NCBI GenBank assembly: GCA_963699725.1
Contig: CAVOVA010000008.1
Span: 48,349 to 112,348, forward strand
Length of the DNA stretch: 64,000 nt
Reading direction: 5' to 3'
Source: an uncultured Thermoleophilia bacterium
GTDB taxonomy: Bacteria; Actinomycetota; Thermoleophilia; UBA2241
Numbering within the stretch: the first letter of the stretch is position 1; the number at the start of each line of letters is the position of its first letter. The notes under the pieces were generated by a model. That model searched no databases. It was not told where the DNA came from and was given only the letters and a program-made list of their open reading frames with translations. This document shows positions 9,040 through 17,693 of this stretch, piece by piece. The translations under genes and the position numbers were made by a program.

Positions 9040-9411
9040 CTAGACGTGCTGATCGACCAGGATGGGGTTGCCGTCGGGGTCGACTGCGAGGAAGCTGCCC
9101 GGGCCCGCCGTGGACTCATCGGCCTCGCTCACCAACGGCACCCCGTCCGCCTTCAGACGGCGCTGCAGTTCGCGCACATCGGTGAAAGCGTCGAGCTTCT
9201 CAGCGCTGCTGTCCCAGCCCGGATTGAAGGTCAGGATGTTCTTCTCGAACATGCCGTGGAAGAGGCCGATGGTGGCGTCGCCGTTCCTCATGATGAGCCA
9301 GTTCTCAGATGCTTCGCCCCCGACGACCGCGAAGCCGAACTTCTCATAGAACGACTTCGAGACCTGAAGATCCTGGACTGCCAGGCTGATCGAGAATGCG
9401 CCAAGTTCCAT
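9040..9411 (-). CDS. VOC (glyoxalase/bleomycin-resistance fold) family protein
   Basis: Single ~120-aa VOC module: ISLAVQDLQVSKSFY..LGF......WLIMRNGD..IGLF....LAVDPDGNPILVDQH. Confidence 0.8.
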   Translation of the reverse strand: MELGAFSISLAVQDLQVSKSFYEKFGFAVVGGEASENWLIMRNGDATIGLFHGMFEKNILTFNPGWDSSAEKLDAFTDVRELQRRLKADGVPLVSEADESTAGPGSFLAVDPDGNPILVDQHV

Positions 9412-9445
9412 GTGTACCCCCGGATACCCCGTACCGTCGTTCTCC

Positions 9446-9531
9446 GCCTGCCGTAGTTGCGCATGAGCCGCAGCGCACGCGCTACAGGACGGATACTACC
9501 TGACGCCGTCACCTCGACGCACTTGATGGGC
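9446..9531 (-). repeat. eroded attC (family D)
   Basis: GCCTGCC GTAGTTGCGCATGAGC ... CCTCGACGCACTT GATGGGC; arms parallel the attC at 34864 (GCCTAACGTTGTTGCGCATGAGC...CTCGATGCGCTTGTTCGCC). Confidence 0.45.
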
Positions 9532-9569
9532 GGCTGTCACCGGCACCCCGGCAGCTGCGCTTCACGCAC

Positions 9570-10034
9570 TCACTCCGGCGCGATGTCGAAGTGCAGGACG
9601 TCTTCTCGCGCTCCAAGCTTGGTGTAGAGCGCTACGGCAGGTTCGTCGTCCGGCTCCGCCTGCACGAAGATGACCCAGGCTCCGCGTGCCGCCGCGATCC
9701 GCGTGAGCTCTTCGATCAGAGCGGTCGCGATACCTCGTCGTCGGTGCGCCTCCGCGACCGCCAGATCGTAGATATAGATCTCACTGCGTTCCTGCTCGAA
9801 CTTCTGCAGTTCGTAGGCGGCGAGGCCGCCGACGACAGCGTCGCCCTCGAACGCGGCGAGCGCGATGAAGCAGTCGCTGCCGAGCAACCGCTCCAGGTAG
9901 TCGAGACCGGGCTGCGCACCGCAGTACGTCTCTTTGTCCTCGAACGCCTCGCCGAGGACCCCCAGGAGGGCTCTCATCGACTCGATATCCCGGGGGCCCA
10001 GAGAGCGCATCGTGAACGAGCCAGCATTCATCAT
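9570..10034 (-). CDS. AAC(3)-I family aminoglycoside N-acetyltransferase-like GNAT
   Basis: Colinear with my recollection of AAC(3)-Ia: [91 protein letters not shown]. Confidence 0.8.
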   Translation of the reverse strand: MMNAGSFTMRSLGPRDIESMRALLGVLGEAFEDKETYCGAQPGLDYLERLLGSDCFIALAAFEGDAVVGGLAAYELQKFEQERSEIYIYDLAVAEAHRRRGIATALIEELTRIAAARGAWVIFVQAEPDDEPAVALYTKLGAREDVLHFDIAPE

Positions 10035-10086
10035 GGCGAGATCGATCCCCAGCCGCTGTCAGCGCCCGTCGCTGCGCACGGTCCCA

Positions 10087-10172
10087 GCCGACCCACCGCG
10101 CAGAGCCTGCGCGGGCTGCGCCGCCAACGGTGTGTGTCGGCTGGGCACGCCAGGTCGACGCGCTTGTCGGGC
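10087..10172 (-). repeat. eroded attC (family C)
   Basis: GCCGACC CACCGCGCAGAGCCTGCGCGGGCTGCG ... CGCCAGGTCGACGCGCTT GTCGGGC; matches family C (38475) apart from mutated cores. Confidence 0.55.
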
Positions 10173-10179
10173 AGCAGCT

Positions 10180-10647
10180 TCACAGTTCCAGCTCGAGATA
10201 GCGGGCCGCTTCGAACGGGTTGTGCCGATACGCGTCGATATCGCGAAAGCCGAGACGCGCATACAGGCGCAGCGCTGCCTGCATCGACGACAGGGTGTCG
10301 AGGCGGACTCTCGCGAACCCGGCCGCGCGGGCCGCGTCGAGCGCCGCTTCGGTCAATCGAACGCCGAGGCCTCCGTTCCGCGCCGTCGGAACGACGTAGA
10401 GGCGCTTGAGCTCGGCGATGACCGGCGGCTCGAGCGGGCGCAGCGCCACGCAGCCAAGGGCGTCGTCGCCGTCCATCGCGAGGAGCAGCACGCCGGAAGG
10501 AGGTGCGTACTCTCCGGGGAGTCCCTCGAGCTCCGACGAGAAGCTCTGGAAGCCGAGGTCGATCTCCAGGGAGGCCGCGTAGTCCTCGAACAGACGCCTG
10601 GCGGCGTCCACGTGCGCGGACGATGTGGTCTGGAGGATCTCGGTCAA
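10180..10647 (-). CDS. GNAT family N-acetyltransferase
   Basis: LKRLYVVPTARNGGLGVRLTEAALDAARAAGF..RLDT....AALRLYARLGF acetyl-CoA binding motif; TTG start after GGAG. Confidence 0.8.
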   Translation of the reverse strand: MTEILQTTSSAHVDAARRLFEDYAASLEIDLGFQSFSSELEGLPGEYAPPSGVLLLAMDGDDALGCVALRPLEPPVIAELKRLYVVPTARNGGLGVRLTEAALDAARAAGFARVRLDTLSSMQAALRLYARLGFRDIDAYRHNPFEAARYLELEL

Positions 10648-10670
10648 CGATCACCGCTCCGGTGCACCCG

Positions 10671-10750
10671 ACGTCACGGGGGCGAGCAGGCGCGCATGCC
10701 CTCGCAGGTCAGTCTGCATTCTGCCGTTGTGCTCGACGCTCTGGTTGGGC
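10671..10750 (-). repeat. eroded attC (family B)
   Basis: ACGTCAC..GCGAGCAGGCGCGCATGCCC ... GCCGTTGTGCTCGACGCTCTG GTTGGGC; the cupin ORF runs ~40 nt into it. Confidence 0.5.
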
Positions 10751-11104
10751 ATGCTCCGGGGTCTCAACGGTGCGTTCGTTCCGGACATTGCCGGTATTGC
10801 GGGTGCCGGCAGGCTCGAACAGAAGGACGTGTACCTCCTGCGCCGCGACCGGCTGGTGCTCCACGCCGCGTGGAACGATCAGGAACTCACCCTCATCGAT
10901 GACGATCTCTGAGTCTGGCAGCCGCATCAGCAGAGAGCCGCGGAGGACGAAGAACATCTCGTCCTCGACATCGTGATGGTGCCACACGAACTCGCCTTGA
11001 AGCTTCACCACCTTCACCTGCTGCCCATTGAGCTCGCCGACGATCCGCGGGCTCCAGCACTCAGAGAACTGGGCCAGCTGGAGCGCCACGTTCACCTTGT
11101 CCAT
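10709..11104 (-). CDS. cupin domain protein
   Basis: Start trimmed to MDKVNV (GGAGG upstream). WHHHDVEDEMFFVLRG...GEFLIVPRGVEHQPVA cupin motifs. Confidence 0.8.
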   Translation of the reverse strand: MDKVNVALQLAQFSECWSPRIVGELNGQQVKVVKLQGEFVWHHHDVEDEMFFVLRGSLLMRLPDSEIVIDEGEFLIVPRGVEHQPVAAQEVHVLLFEPAGTRNTGNVRNERTVETPEHAQPERRAQRQNAD

Positions 11105-11222
11105 CAGACCTCCGATGCTGAGGTGGATTGCCGAGAGCGGCGGCGTCACGACCTGGGCCACGCGGCTCGGTGCATGACAACCGGAGAGACGCCGCACAGC
11201 AGACTCCCGCCGCTGTTGCCAT

Positions 11223-11308
11223 GCCCGGCGCACCGCGCGCAGCCCGCGCGGGCTGCGCCCACAGCCGAGTGTATCGCCCGGCGCGTCAGGTTGATGCGCA
11301 TGTCGGAT
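11223..11308 (-). repeat. eroded attC (family C)
   Basis: GCCCGGC GCACCGCGCGCAGCCCGCGCGGGCTGCG ... GGCGCGTCAGGTTGATGCGCAT GTCGGAT. Confidence 0.55.
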
Positions 11309-11315
11309 GCGACGC

Positions 11316-11816
11316 TCACTGCCCGCTGCCCCCCACCGTCGCAGGGCCGATGCTGCGCTGCAGGAACCAGCTGTCGGTCGAGGACGAGTCGCCCGGCGGC
11401 CGCTCGGCGCGGACGAAGCCGAGGTCGGAGTAGAGGGTCGCCGCAGCCGCGTTGTCGCGGTAGACGTACAGGGTGACCAGCGTGAATCCGGCCTTGGCGG
11501 CCCGCGAGAGCAGCGCCTCGACGAGCGCCCTGCCCATGCCCTGCCGGCGAACGTCGGGACGGACGATCACGCGCGCCAGGTGGGCGCGAGCGGGCGACCG
11601 CGGGATGGCCTGGCCGAATGCGGCGAGGCCCTGCCCATCGACAAGTGCGACGTTCATCGCGCCCGGCATCTCGATCTGCGCGGGAAGCGCGGACGGCTCG
11701 AGCGGGAAGGGAACGCCCGGCCCGGCCCAGAGCTCGCACTCGCGCTTCGATCCGATCCAGGAGGCGACGACCTCAAGGTCGATGGGTACGGCGTTCCGGC
11801 TATGCACAGAGACCAA
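11316..11816 (-). CDS. GNAT family N-acetyltransferase
   Basis: LARVIVRPDVRRQGMGRALVEALLSRAAKAGF..VTLYVYRDNAAAATLYSDLGF. Start TTG 11816 or GTG 11807; the upstream part of the track ORF crosses an attC. Confidence 0.75.
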   Translation of the reverse strand: MVSVHSRNAVPIDLEVVASWIGSKRECELWAGPGVPFPLEPSALPAQIEMPGAMNVALVDGQGLAAFGQAIPRSPARAHLARVIVRPDVRRQGMGRALVEALLSRAAKAGFTLVTLYVYRDNAAAATLYSDLGFVRAERPPGDSSSTDSWFLQRSIGPATVGGSGQ

Positions 11817-11825
11817 CCTGCCTGC

Positions 11826-11909
11826 ACCTGGCGTTGTTGCGCATGACCGGCGTTCACGCGCGATGGCACCAGTGTAGCGTGGGGCGCCCGCTCGATGCGC
11901 TTGCAGGAT
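11826..11909 (-). repeat. eroded attC (family D)
   Basis: ACCTGGC GTTGTTGCGCATGACC ... GCCCGCTCGATGCGCTT GCAGGAT. Confidence 0.45.
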
Positions 11910-12069
11910 GGCCGCCAGCGCCGTGAGACTCCAGGCGTGTAGCGGTTGAGCCACCGAGGCGCGCGGGTATCACACACGAGCCCATGGCATACCGCGGCCC
12001 CGAACGAGGGTGCGCACGACGACCTGACTTGGATCCACCACGGACAACGCACGGGAGGCGGCAGTCTCG

Positions 12070-12465
12070 ATGGCCGAGAACGAGGCGGGCAAGGAGGCGG
12101 CGAAGAAGACCGCGAAGCCGGCTGCGAAGAAGGCCGGCGGCGAGGCCGCGGCGCTCGCGAAGATCGCCGCGATGCCGGAACCCTACCGCGCCATCGGCGA
12201 GCGCCTCCACGCGCTCATCCTGCGCAGCGCACCGGCACTCCAGCCGACCACGTGGTACGGCATGCCGGCGTACGCGAAGCACGGCAAGGTCGTCTGCTTC
12301 TTCCGCGCGGATTCCTACATGACGTTCGGCCTCACCGACAGGGCGAACCTCACCCTCGAGGAGGGCGCGCCGCACCAGCTCCGTGAATCCGCGTGGTTCT
12401 TCTCCGCACTGGACGACGCGACCGAGGCCAAGCTCGCCGCGATCGTGAGCAAGGCCGCGAGCTGA
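12070..12465 (+). CDS. DUF1801 (YdhG-like) domain protein, reverse-oriented in its cassette
   Basis: Lys/Ala-rich N-tail, then PEPYRAIGERLHALILRSAP.L.PTTWYGMPAYAKHGKVVCFF.....YMTFGL. Confidence 0.7.
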   Translation: MAENEAGKEAAKKTAKPAAKKAGGEAAALAKIAAMPEPYRAIGERLHALILRSAPALQPTTWYGMPAYAKHGKVVCFFRADSYMTFGLTDRANLTLEEGAPHQLRESAWFFSALDDATEAKLAAIVSKAAS

Positions 12466-12502
12466 GGGCGCGCCGGCGGGCTTGACCGCTGCCTTCCGTC
12501 CG

Positions 12503-12583
12503 CCGTCACGGGCATGAACAGACGCGGCATGCCCTCGCAGGTCAGCGTACGTTCTGGGGTCTGGCTCGATGCCCTTCTTGGGC
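12503..12583 (-). repeat. eroded attC (family B)
   Basis: CCGTCAC GGGCATGAACAGACGCGGCATGCCC ... GGGGTCTGGCTCGATGCCCTT CTTGGGC. Confidence 0.5.
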
Positions 12584-12596
12584 AGGTGCACCTCCT

Positions 12597-13145
12597 TCAG
12601 ACCTCCGCGCACAGTGCCGCCAGCTTCCTGGCCGTGTTGACGTTTCGCGTGGTCATTCGAGCGTAGGAGCTGTGGCCCACGATCTTCGTGATCTGGCTAC
12701 GGTTGTAGTTCTCTCGCTTGATGTTCCAGACGATGGCTTCGTGCGCGTAGAAGATGCTCATGAACTGGCTCTTGACCGGCAATTCCGAGACGAGACTGGG
12801 CTTGGCGACATCACTGAACAAGTACGCCACGTAGGTCTGTTCACCGTCGTCGTTGCCCCACTCGCTCGGTATTGACTCCGCGATCTCGATCATCTCGGTC
12901 GACGTCTTCACCAGGGTAGGGATCTTCTCGCCAAACGCCCGCTCGAGCTCTTCTTCGATGAGTCGCGTCAGCTCGGAGGCGCCAAGCCCTGACTCGAACA
13001 CCGCGTTCCCGGAGTTCAGATAGGTGACCACGTTGCTGAGCCCGAGTCCCTCCAGGAGACCCTTCAGGGTCTTCATGGGCACGCGAACGCCTTTGCCGAC
13101 ATTGATGCCGCGCAACAAGACGACGTACTTCAAGGGCGCCTCCAC
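12597..13145 (-). CDS. DUF1697 domain protein
   Basis: YVVLLRGINVGKGVRVPMKTLKGLLEGLG...V.TYLNSGNAVF is the DUF1697 N-terminal signature; gene is visibly more A/T-rich than flanks. Confidence 0.8.
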   Translation of the reverse strand: MEAPLKYVVLLRGINVGKGVRVPMKTLKGLLEGLGLSNVVTYLNSGNAVFESGLGASELTRLIEEELERAFGEKIPTLVKTSTEMIEIAESIPSEWGNDDGEQTYVAYLFSDVAKPSLVSELPVKSQFMSIFYAHEAIVWNIKRENYNRSQITKIVGHSSYARMTTRNVNTARKLAALCAEV

Positions 13146-13283
13146 TGCTCTTCGCCTGACGGGAGTGTCAACCGGCGACGACCGTCACGCGTCTGGAACC
13201 GAGTGCGACCGGCCGCAGCAGCTCAATGCGTCGGGCACCGAGGTTGTCACGTCACGCCAGTCGCTCCGCCTGCACGCTCGTCC

Positions 13284-13370
13284 GCCCAACGCACCGAGGA
13301 TACGCTGCGAGGGCCGCGGCTCATCCTAACCGCGACGCTTCGGCGCGTCAGGTTGATGCGCTTGTTCGGC
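13284..13370 (-). repeat. attC site
   Basis: GCCCAAC GCACCGAGGATACGCTGCGAGGGCCGCGGC ... GCGACGCTTCGGCGCGTCAGGTTGATGCGCTT GTTCGGC; intact AAC/GTT cores. Confidence 0.8.
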
Positions 13371-13375
13371 CGCGA

Positions 13376-13717
13376 TCATCGGTAGTGAAGCAGCGCGACA
13401 GCGATGCTGGGCAGACCGACGACAAGCGGGTCGACCGAGTTGAGCCGCGAGCGGGTGCCTGGGTCGACCGGATCGTCGATCTGATGGTCTCCCGCAGACG
13501 CTGGATGCTGCGTCATCGCCGCCCGTGACGGATAGCCGTTACCCAGGGACAACCTCCCGGACATGACGACGGCGCTGGCCACGCAAACCAGCGCGACCAC
13601 CGCGCAGCCCTGGAAGAAGCGCGCGTCGGTGCCCGTGGCCAGCGCGACGATGCCGGCGATCCCCACCAGCACCGCTCCGATGATCAGAGCGATGCCGATG
13701 CGCCTCACTATCCTCAT
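13376..13717 (-). CDS. hypothetical membrane protein (cassette ORF)
   Basis: Trimmed to MRIVRRIGIALIIGAVLVGIAGIVALA.. (GGGAG upstream); two predicted TM helices; no family recognised. Confidence 0.55.
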   Translation of the reverse strand: MRIVRRIGIALIIGAVLVGIAGIVALATGTDARFFQGCAVVALVCVASAVVMSGRLSLGNGYPSRAAMTQHPASAGDHQIDDPVDPGTRSRLNSVDPLVVGLPSIAVALLHYR

Positions 13718-13738
13718 GCCCACGCTCCCGCCGCGTCG

Positions 13739-13775
13739 GCCCAACGCACCGCGGACAAGCTGCGAGCGCCGCGGC
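13739..13775 (-). repeat. half attC (R'-proximal arm only), truncated
   Basis: GCCCAACGCACCGCGGACAAGCTGCGAGCGCCGCGGC is identical to the left arm of the attC at 29554, then runs straight into transposase coding sequence. No right arm is present. Confidence 0.8.
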
Positions 13776-13776
13776 A

Positions 13777-14315
13777 ACGCCGGCCACCGCTCGACCACCG
13801 ACCCCGAGGCCCGCCTCGCGCGCAAGGGGAGCGGCAAGGTGGCGCGGCTCTGCTACGCCGGCCACAGCCTGACCGAGAACCGCAACGGCCTGATCGTCGA
13901 GTGCGAGCTCACTGCGGCCACCGGCACCGGCGAGCGCGAGGCCGGCCTGCGGCTCGTGGCCCGCAGGTGCGGCCGAAAGCGCCGGCGCCTCACCGTGGGC
14001 GCCGACCGGGGCTACGACGCCAGGGACTTCGTCGCCGGGCTGCGTGCCCTAGTTGCCACCCTGCAGGTGGCCCGCAAGAAGCGCTTCCGCGCCCTCGACG
14101 GGCGCACCACCCGGCATGCCGGCTACGTGCTCAGCCGGCGGCGACGCAAGCTCGTCGAGGAACCCCACGGCAGGATGAAGGCCGTCGGCCGTCTCGGCAA
14201 GCTACGTCACCGCGGCAAGGCCAAGGCGACCGCGGTCTTCACCTTCGCTTGCGCCGCCTACAAACTGGTGCGCTTGCGAGGCTGGCTGGCGGAGCCGGCT
14301 CCGGCGTTGAGGTAG
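13777..14315 (+). mobile_element. 5'-truncated IS5/IS4-superfamily DDE transposase fragment
   Basis: ..TDPEARLARKGSGKVARLCYAGHSLTENRNGLIVECELTAATGTGEREAG..LTVGADRGYDARDFVAGLR..GRLGKLRHRG resembles the C-terminal half of IS5-family transposases. The N-terminal half and left IR are absent. Confidence 0.7.
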
Positions 14316-14441
14316 GAGTCCAAGAACGGACCCGTGCGGGCCCGCCCGAGGGCTCGAGGGGTGCCGGGACCGCCGGCTCCCCCTCACCGCCGCTCTGCCC
14401 GGCAACTGCGCTCCTCTCAAGCCTGCTTCTTCAGCAGCCTG

Positions 14442-14729
14442 CTAGGCCTTCTGCAGGGCGAGGCGCCGGTGCGCAGCGACGACCTCGTCGAGGTGCCGAT
14501 CGACGTCCTCCGGCAGCGGCAGGACCTCGTGCGACGCCAGGAGCTCGCGCGCCCGTTCGAGCGCGTCCTGGACGAGCGTGCGGCCGTGATAGGCCTCGAA
14601 GGCGCCGCGACGCAGCACGGCCGGCTGCCAGGCGTCGTGCGCGTGCCGGCGCGTGCTGGCCCGCGCCATGTAGTGACCGCCCGGCCCCACCGCGCGGATG
14701 TCGTCGAGCAGGCACGCGGCCGGGTCGAA
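14442..14729. repeat. ~288-nt tract near-identical to 17406..17693
   Basis: Manual alignment shows one mismatch (cgcgacgcag vs cgcggcgcag); covers the 3' ends of paralogues A and C. Confidence 0.85.
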
Positions 14730-15863
14730 GGGGACGTCGGCGAGACGTCTCCTGATGAGGCCGACGCCGTCGTGATGCAGGACGATCGTGGCCAGGCTGG
14801 TGGCCTCGGCGCTGCCGAAGCAGCCCAGCCCGACGAGTGAGTCGGCGCCCAGGAGCGCGTCCAGGACCCCCGGCGCCTCGATGCCGTCCTGGAAGTCGGG
14901 CGCCTTGGCGTCGCTGCCCATGCCGAGACCCAGCGTGGGCAGTCCGTAGACCTGCTTGGCCATCTCCACACCGGCGAGCGAGGCAGCGGCGGCCTCGGGC
15001 GAGGTGGACACGTAGAACCCGCTGCGCAGGTCGGCTGACGCCGGCTCCGGCGCGGCGATGAGCGGGCAACCGGGCGCCGCGAGCTGGAAGAGCACGACCG
15101 CCGACAGCAGCTCGGCGAGCGCCACGACGGTCGCTCCCGCCACCGTCATCGGCGCCGTGGTGCCCATCAGCGGCATGGGCATGATCACGAGGGGCACGCC
15201 GGCGCGAGCCAGGGCGATGCTCGCCTCGGTCGTTACGGCGTCGTGCGCGAGCGGCGCGACGGTGCAGTTGACGGCCGAGAAGATCGGTCGTTCGGCCGCC
15301 GGCGCGCCGGCCACGGCGGCGATCATCTCGAGCAGCGGGGCCACGTACTGCGGTCCGCGGACGCCTGTCTGGACGTGTTTGGCACAGGAGCGGAACGCGA
15401 TGGCCGCGGTCTCGAGGTTGGCCGTCCTGGGGTCGAGGTCGCGGGGCGAGACCGTGGCCCACGCGTAGTCCAGGTCGGGCAGGGCATCGAGGAGGCGCAT
15501 GATCGTGCGCAGGTCCGCGGCACTGCCCTCGCGCAGCTCGCCGGTCTCGTCGTCGAGCACGTAGGTCGCCGTGCCGTCGCTCGTGAAGCTCAGGCTGCCG
15601 TCACCCAGCCGTACGTCGTGCGCGGGGTCGCGGGCGGCGAGCAGCACCGTGCGCGGCGCCGTCTCCAGGCAGCGCCCGACCAGCTCTCGCGGCAGGCGCG
15701 CCGTGAGCCGCTCGCGGTCGAGGACCGCCCCGGTCCCCTCGAGCAGGTCCATGGCCGCCGGCGTGTTGTAGGCGACGCCCACCTCTTCGAGCACCGCCAG
15801 CGTCTGCTCGTGCAACGTCTCACGGTCGGCCTTATCGAGCAAGCTCACCGTCAATCTCGCCAT
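14442..15863 (-). CDS. MttB-superfamily (trimethylamine methyltransferase-like, non-Pyl) methyltransferase, paralogue A
   Basis: 473-aa uninterrupted ORF; N-terminus ..TLHEQTLAVLEEVGV.....A.DLL...GA.VD and C-terminus ..IRAVGPGGHYM....T typical of the MttB family; no in-frame TAG. Confidence 0.85.
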   Translation of the reverse strand: MARLTVSLLDKADRETLHEQTLAVLEEVGVAYNTPAAMDLLEGTGAVLDRERLTARLPRELVGRCLETAPRTVLLAARDPAHDVRLGDGSLSFTSDGTATYVLDDETGELREGSAADLRTIMRLLDALPDLDYAWATVSPRDLDPRTANLETAAIAFRSCAKHVQTGVRGPQYVAPLLEMIAAVAGAPAAERPIFSAVNCTVAPLAHDAVTTEASIALARAGVPLVIMPMPLMGTTAPMTVAGATVVALAELLSAVVLFQLAAPGCPLIAAPEPASADLRSGFYVSTSPEAAAASLAGVEMAKQVYGLPTLGLGMGSDAKAPDFQDGIEAPGVLDALLGADSLVGLGCFGSAEATSLATIVLHHDGVGLIRRRLADVPFDPAACLLDDIRAVGPGGHYMARASTRRHAHDAWQPAVLRRGAFEAYHGRTLVQDALERARELLASHEVLPLPEDVDRHLDEVVAAHRRLALQKA

Positions 15864-15967
15864 GTGACCAGCCTCCTTGAGTCGGTCTCTCCCGGGCGCC
15901 TGATCTCAGGGCAGGCACGCAGGCCAGTCGCCCTGCCCGCCGTTGCGCGACGCTCTCGATCGGTGCG

Positions 15968-17398
15968 TCACACGGTCGCCCGCAGGGCTCTCAAGCGCAG
16001 CTCCTCGAGCGCGCGTTCCACGTCCTCGCCGAGGGCGGGCGGCTCGTGACGGGCAAGGATGTCCTCCACCAGGGCGCGCGCTTCCGCCATGATGTCGGGG
16101 GCTCCGGCGGCGGCCCAGGTGTTGTAGGAGTCGTGCACGCCAAGCTGAGGCAGCAGCCACTCACCCTCGCGCACGTTGCTCCGCGTCGACGTTTCGCCGA
16201 GGAACTGCCCGCCCGGGCCGACGCGCTCGAGCACGTCGCTGAGCCAGCGATCCTCCTGCACAGCGACACCCTCGTGCGTCTTGCGGCAGAGGCGCCAGAC
16301 CTCCACGTCGATGAGCGTCTGTTCGAAGCTGAAGACGGTGGCTTCGGCCAGCGTTCCGGGGCCGACCAGGATGTCGGGCCAGGCGAGACAGCCGAAGGCC
16401 GTCCCGATCGCCTTCTCGTAGGCGGCCTGGATGCCCGGCGCGTAGGCGTCGCAGCCTGGCCCGCTGCCCATCGCCGGCAGGCCGTAGAAACGGGCCATCT
16501 CGACACCCGCGGCGTTCAGGGCGGCGTGCGGCGCATTGCCCGCCACCCGGCCGCTGCGCGGGTCCATCGTGGCCAGCGTCGGCGCGTGGATGAACGGCAC
16601 GCCGGGCTCGGCGGTCTCGACCAGGCAGAGCGTGCCGAGCGTCTCGCAGTTGCCCACCAGCACCGTGGCGAGCAGGCTGCCGGGCGCCGTGGCGCCCATG
16701 ATCGGCATCGGCATGGCGGCCACCGGGATGTCGTAGCCGCGCAGCGCCAGCCACGCGTCGATCTCCCAGCGCTCGAGGACCAGCGGCGAGACCGGGCAGA
16801 TCAGGAACGAGTAGGGATGCAGACGCCGGATCTCGCGGCGACCGCCGAAGACGATCTCCAGCACCTCGAGGGTCCACGGCGCGAGCGCCGCGTCCTCGAA
16901 CGAATCCTGCACGTGCCGCGAGAAGTTGCGCAACGTCTCCGTCATGGAGCTCACCCAGTCGGCGGGTGTATCGCCGAGCACCTTGCCCTCTACAGGGCTC
17001 CACCACATGCCGATCTCCTCGAGGGCATCGCAGAGCTGCGTCGCCTCAAGCCAGTCGGTGTGCGTGCTTGGGCGACGCTCGCCGGACTGCCGGTCCAACA
17101 CCAGCGTCGGCCCCCCGTCGAGACAGAGGCTCGACTCGCCGGCGTTCATCGGCAGGCCCCAGCCTGGTCGGCGACCCCCGAGGGCGAATCTCCGCGGGGC
17201 CGCTGCGAGAGCGTGCTCCACCAGCTCGGGGGGGAAGCGGACGATGCGCGTCGCCTCGTCCACGCGGGCGCCGGCGCCCCTGAGGATGCGTCGTCCCTCG
17301 TCGCTGTCGACGCGCATCCCCGTGCGCTCGAGGATGTGCAGCGTACGCTCGTGCACCTGCGCGCGCTGGTCGTTGGTGAGGACCTCGAGGCTCGTCAT
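15968..17398 (-). CDS. MttB-superfamily methyltransferase, paralogue B
   Basis: Trimmed to ATG 17398 (MTSLEVLTNDQRAQVHERTLHILERTGM..). The track ORF extends upstream into paralogue C in a non-coding frame. C-terminus ..VGPGGQFLGETST. Confidence 0.85.
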   Translation of the reverse strand: MTSLEVLTNDQRAQVHERTLHILERTGMRVDSDEGRRILRGAGARVDEATRIVRFPPELVEHALAAAPRRFALGGRRPGWGLPMNAGESSLCLDGGPTLVLDRQSGERRPSTHTDWLEATQLCDALEEIGMWWSPVEGKVLGDTPADWVSSMTETLRNFSRHVQDSFEDAALAPWTLEVLEIVFGGRREIRRLHPYSFLICPVSPLVLERWEIDAWLALRGYDIPVAAMPMPIMGATAPGSLLATVLVGNCETLGTLCLVETAEPGVPFIHAPTLATMDPRSGRVAGNAPHAALNAAGVEMARFYGLPAMGSGPGCDAYAPGIQAAYEKAIGTAFGCLAWPDILVGPGTLAEATVFSFEQTLIDVEVWRLCRKTHEGVAVQEDRWLSDVLERVGPGGQFLGETSTRSNVREGEWLLPQLGVHDSYNTWAAAGAPDIMAEARALVEDILARHEPPALGEDVERALEELRLRALRATV

Positions 17399-17405
17399 GG
17401 CCGGA

Positions 17406-17693
17406 CTAGGCCTTCTGCAGGGCGAGGCGCCGGTGCGCAGCGACGACCTCGTCGAGGTGCCGATCGACGTCCTCCGGCAGCGGCAGGACCTCGTGCGACG
17501 CCAGGAGCTCGCGCGCCCGTTCGAGCGCGTCCTGGACGAGCGTGCGGCCGTGATAGGCCTCGAAGGCGCCGCGGCGCAGCACGGCCGGCTGCCAGGCGTC
17601 GTGCGCGTGCCGGCGCGTGCTGGCCCGCGCCATGTAGTGACCGCCCGGCCCCACCGCGCGGATGTCGTCGAGCAGGCACGCGGCCGGGTCGAA
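17406..17693. repeat. ~288-nt tract near-identical to 14442..14729
   Basis: See partner repeat. Confidence 0.85.

Larger units (their letters stand above)
8068..13775 (-). mobile_element. distal attC cluster with eroded cores (CALIN-like remnant of the same array)
   Basis: Nine to ten attC-like elements of the same B/C/D sequence families as the proximal array, each downstream of a small accessory ORF. Most have mutated AAC/GTT cores. Confidence 0.6.

Noticed and set aside
15900-15950. Hairpin GGGCAGG..(16 nt)..CCTGCCC between MttB paralogues A and B as a terminator or attC.
   Set aside because: It has no AAC/GTT cores and no U-tract, and a short G/C stem of this kind is common at this GC content. 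Left unannotated.
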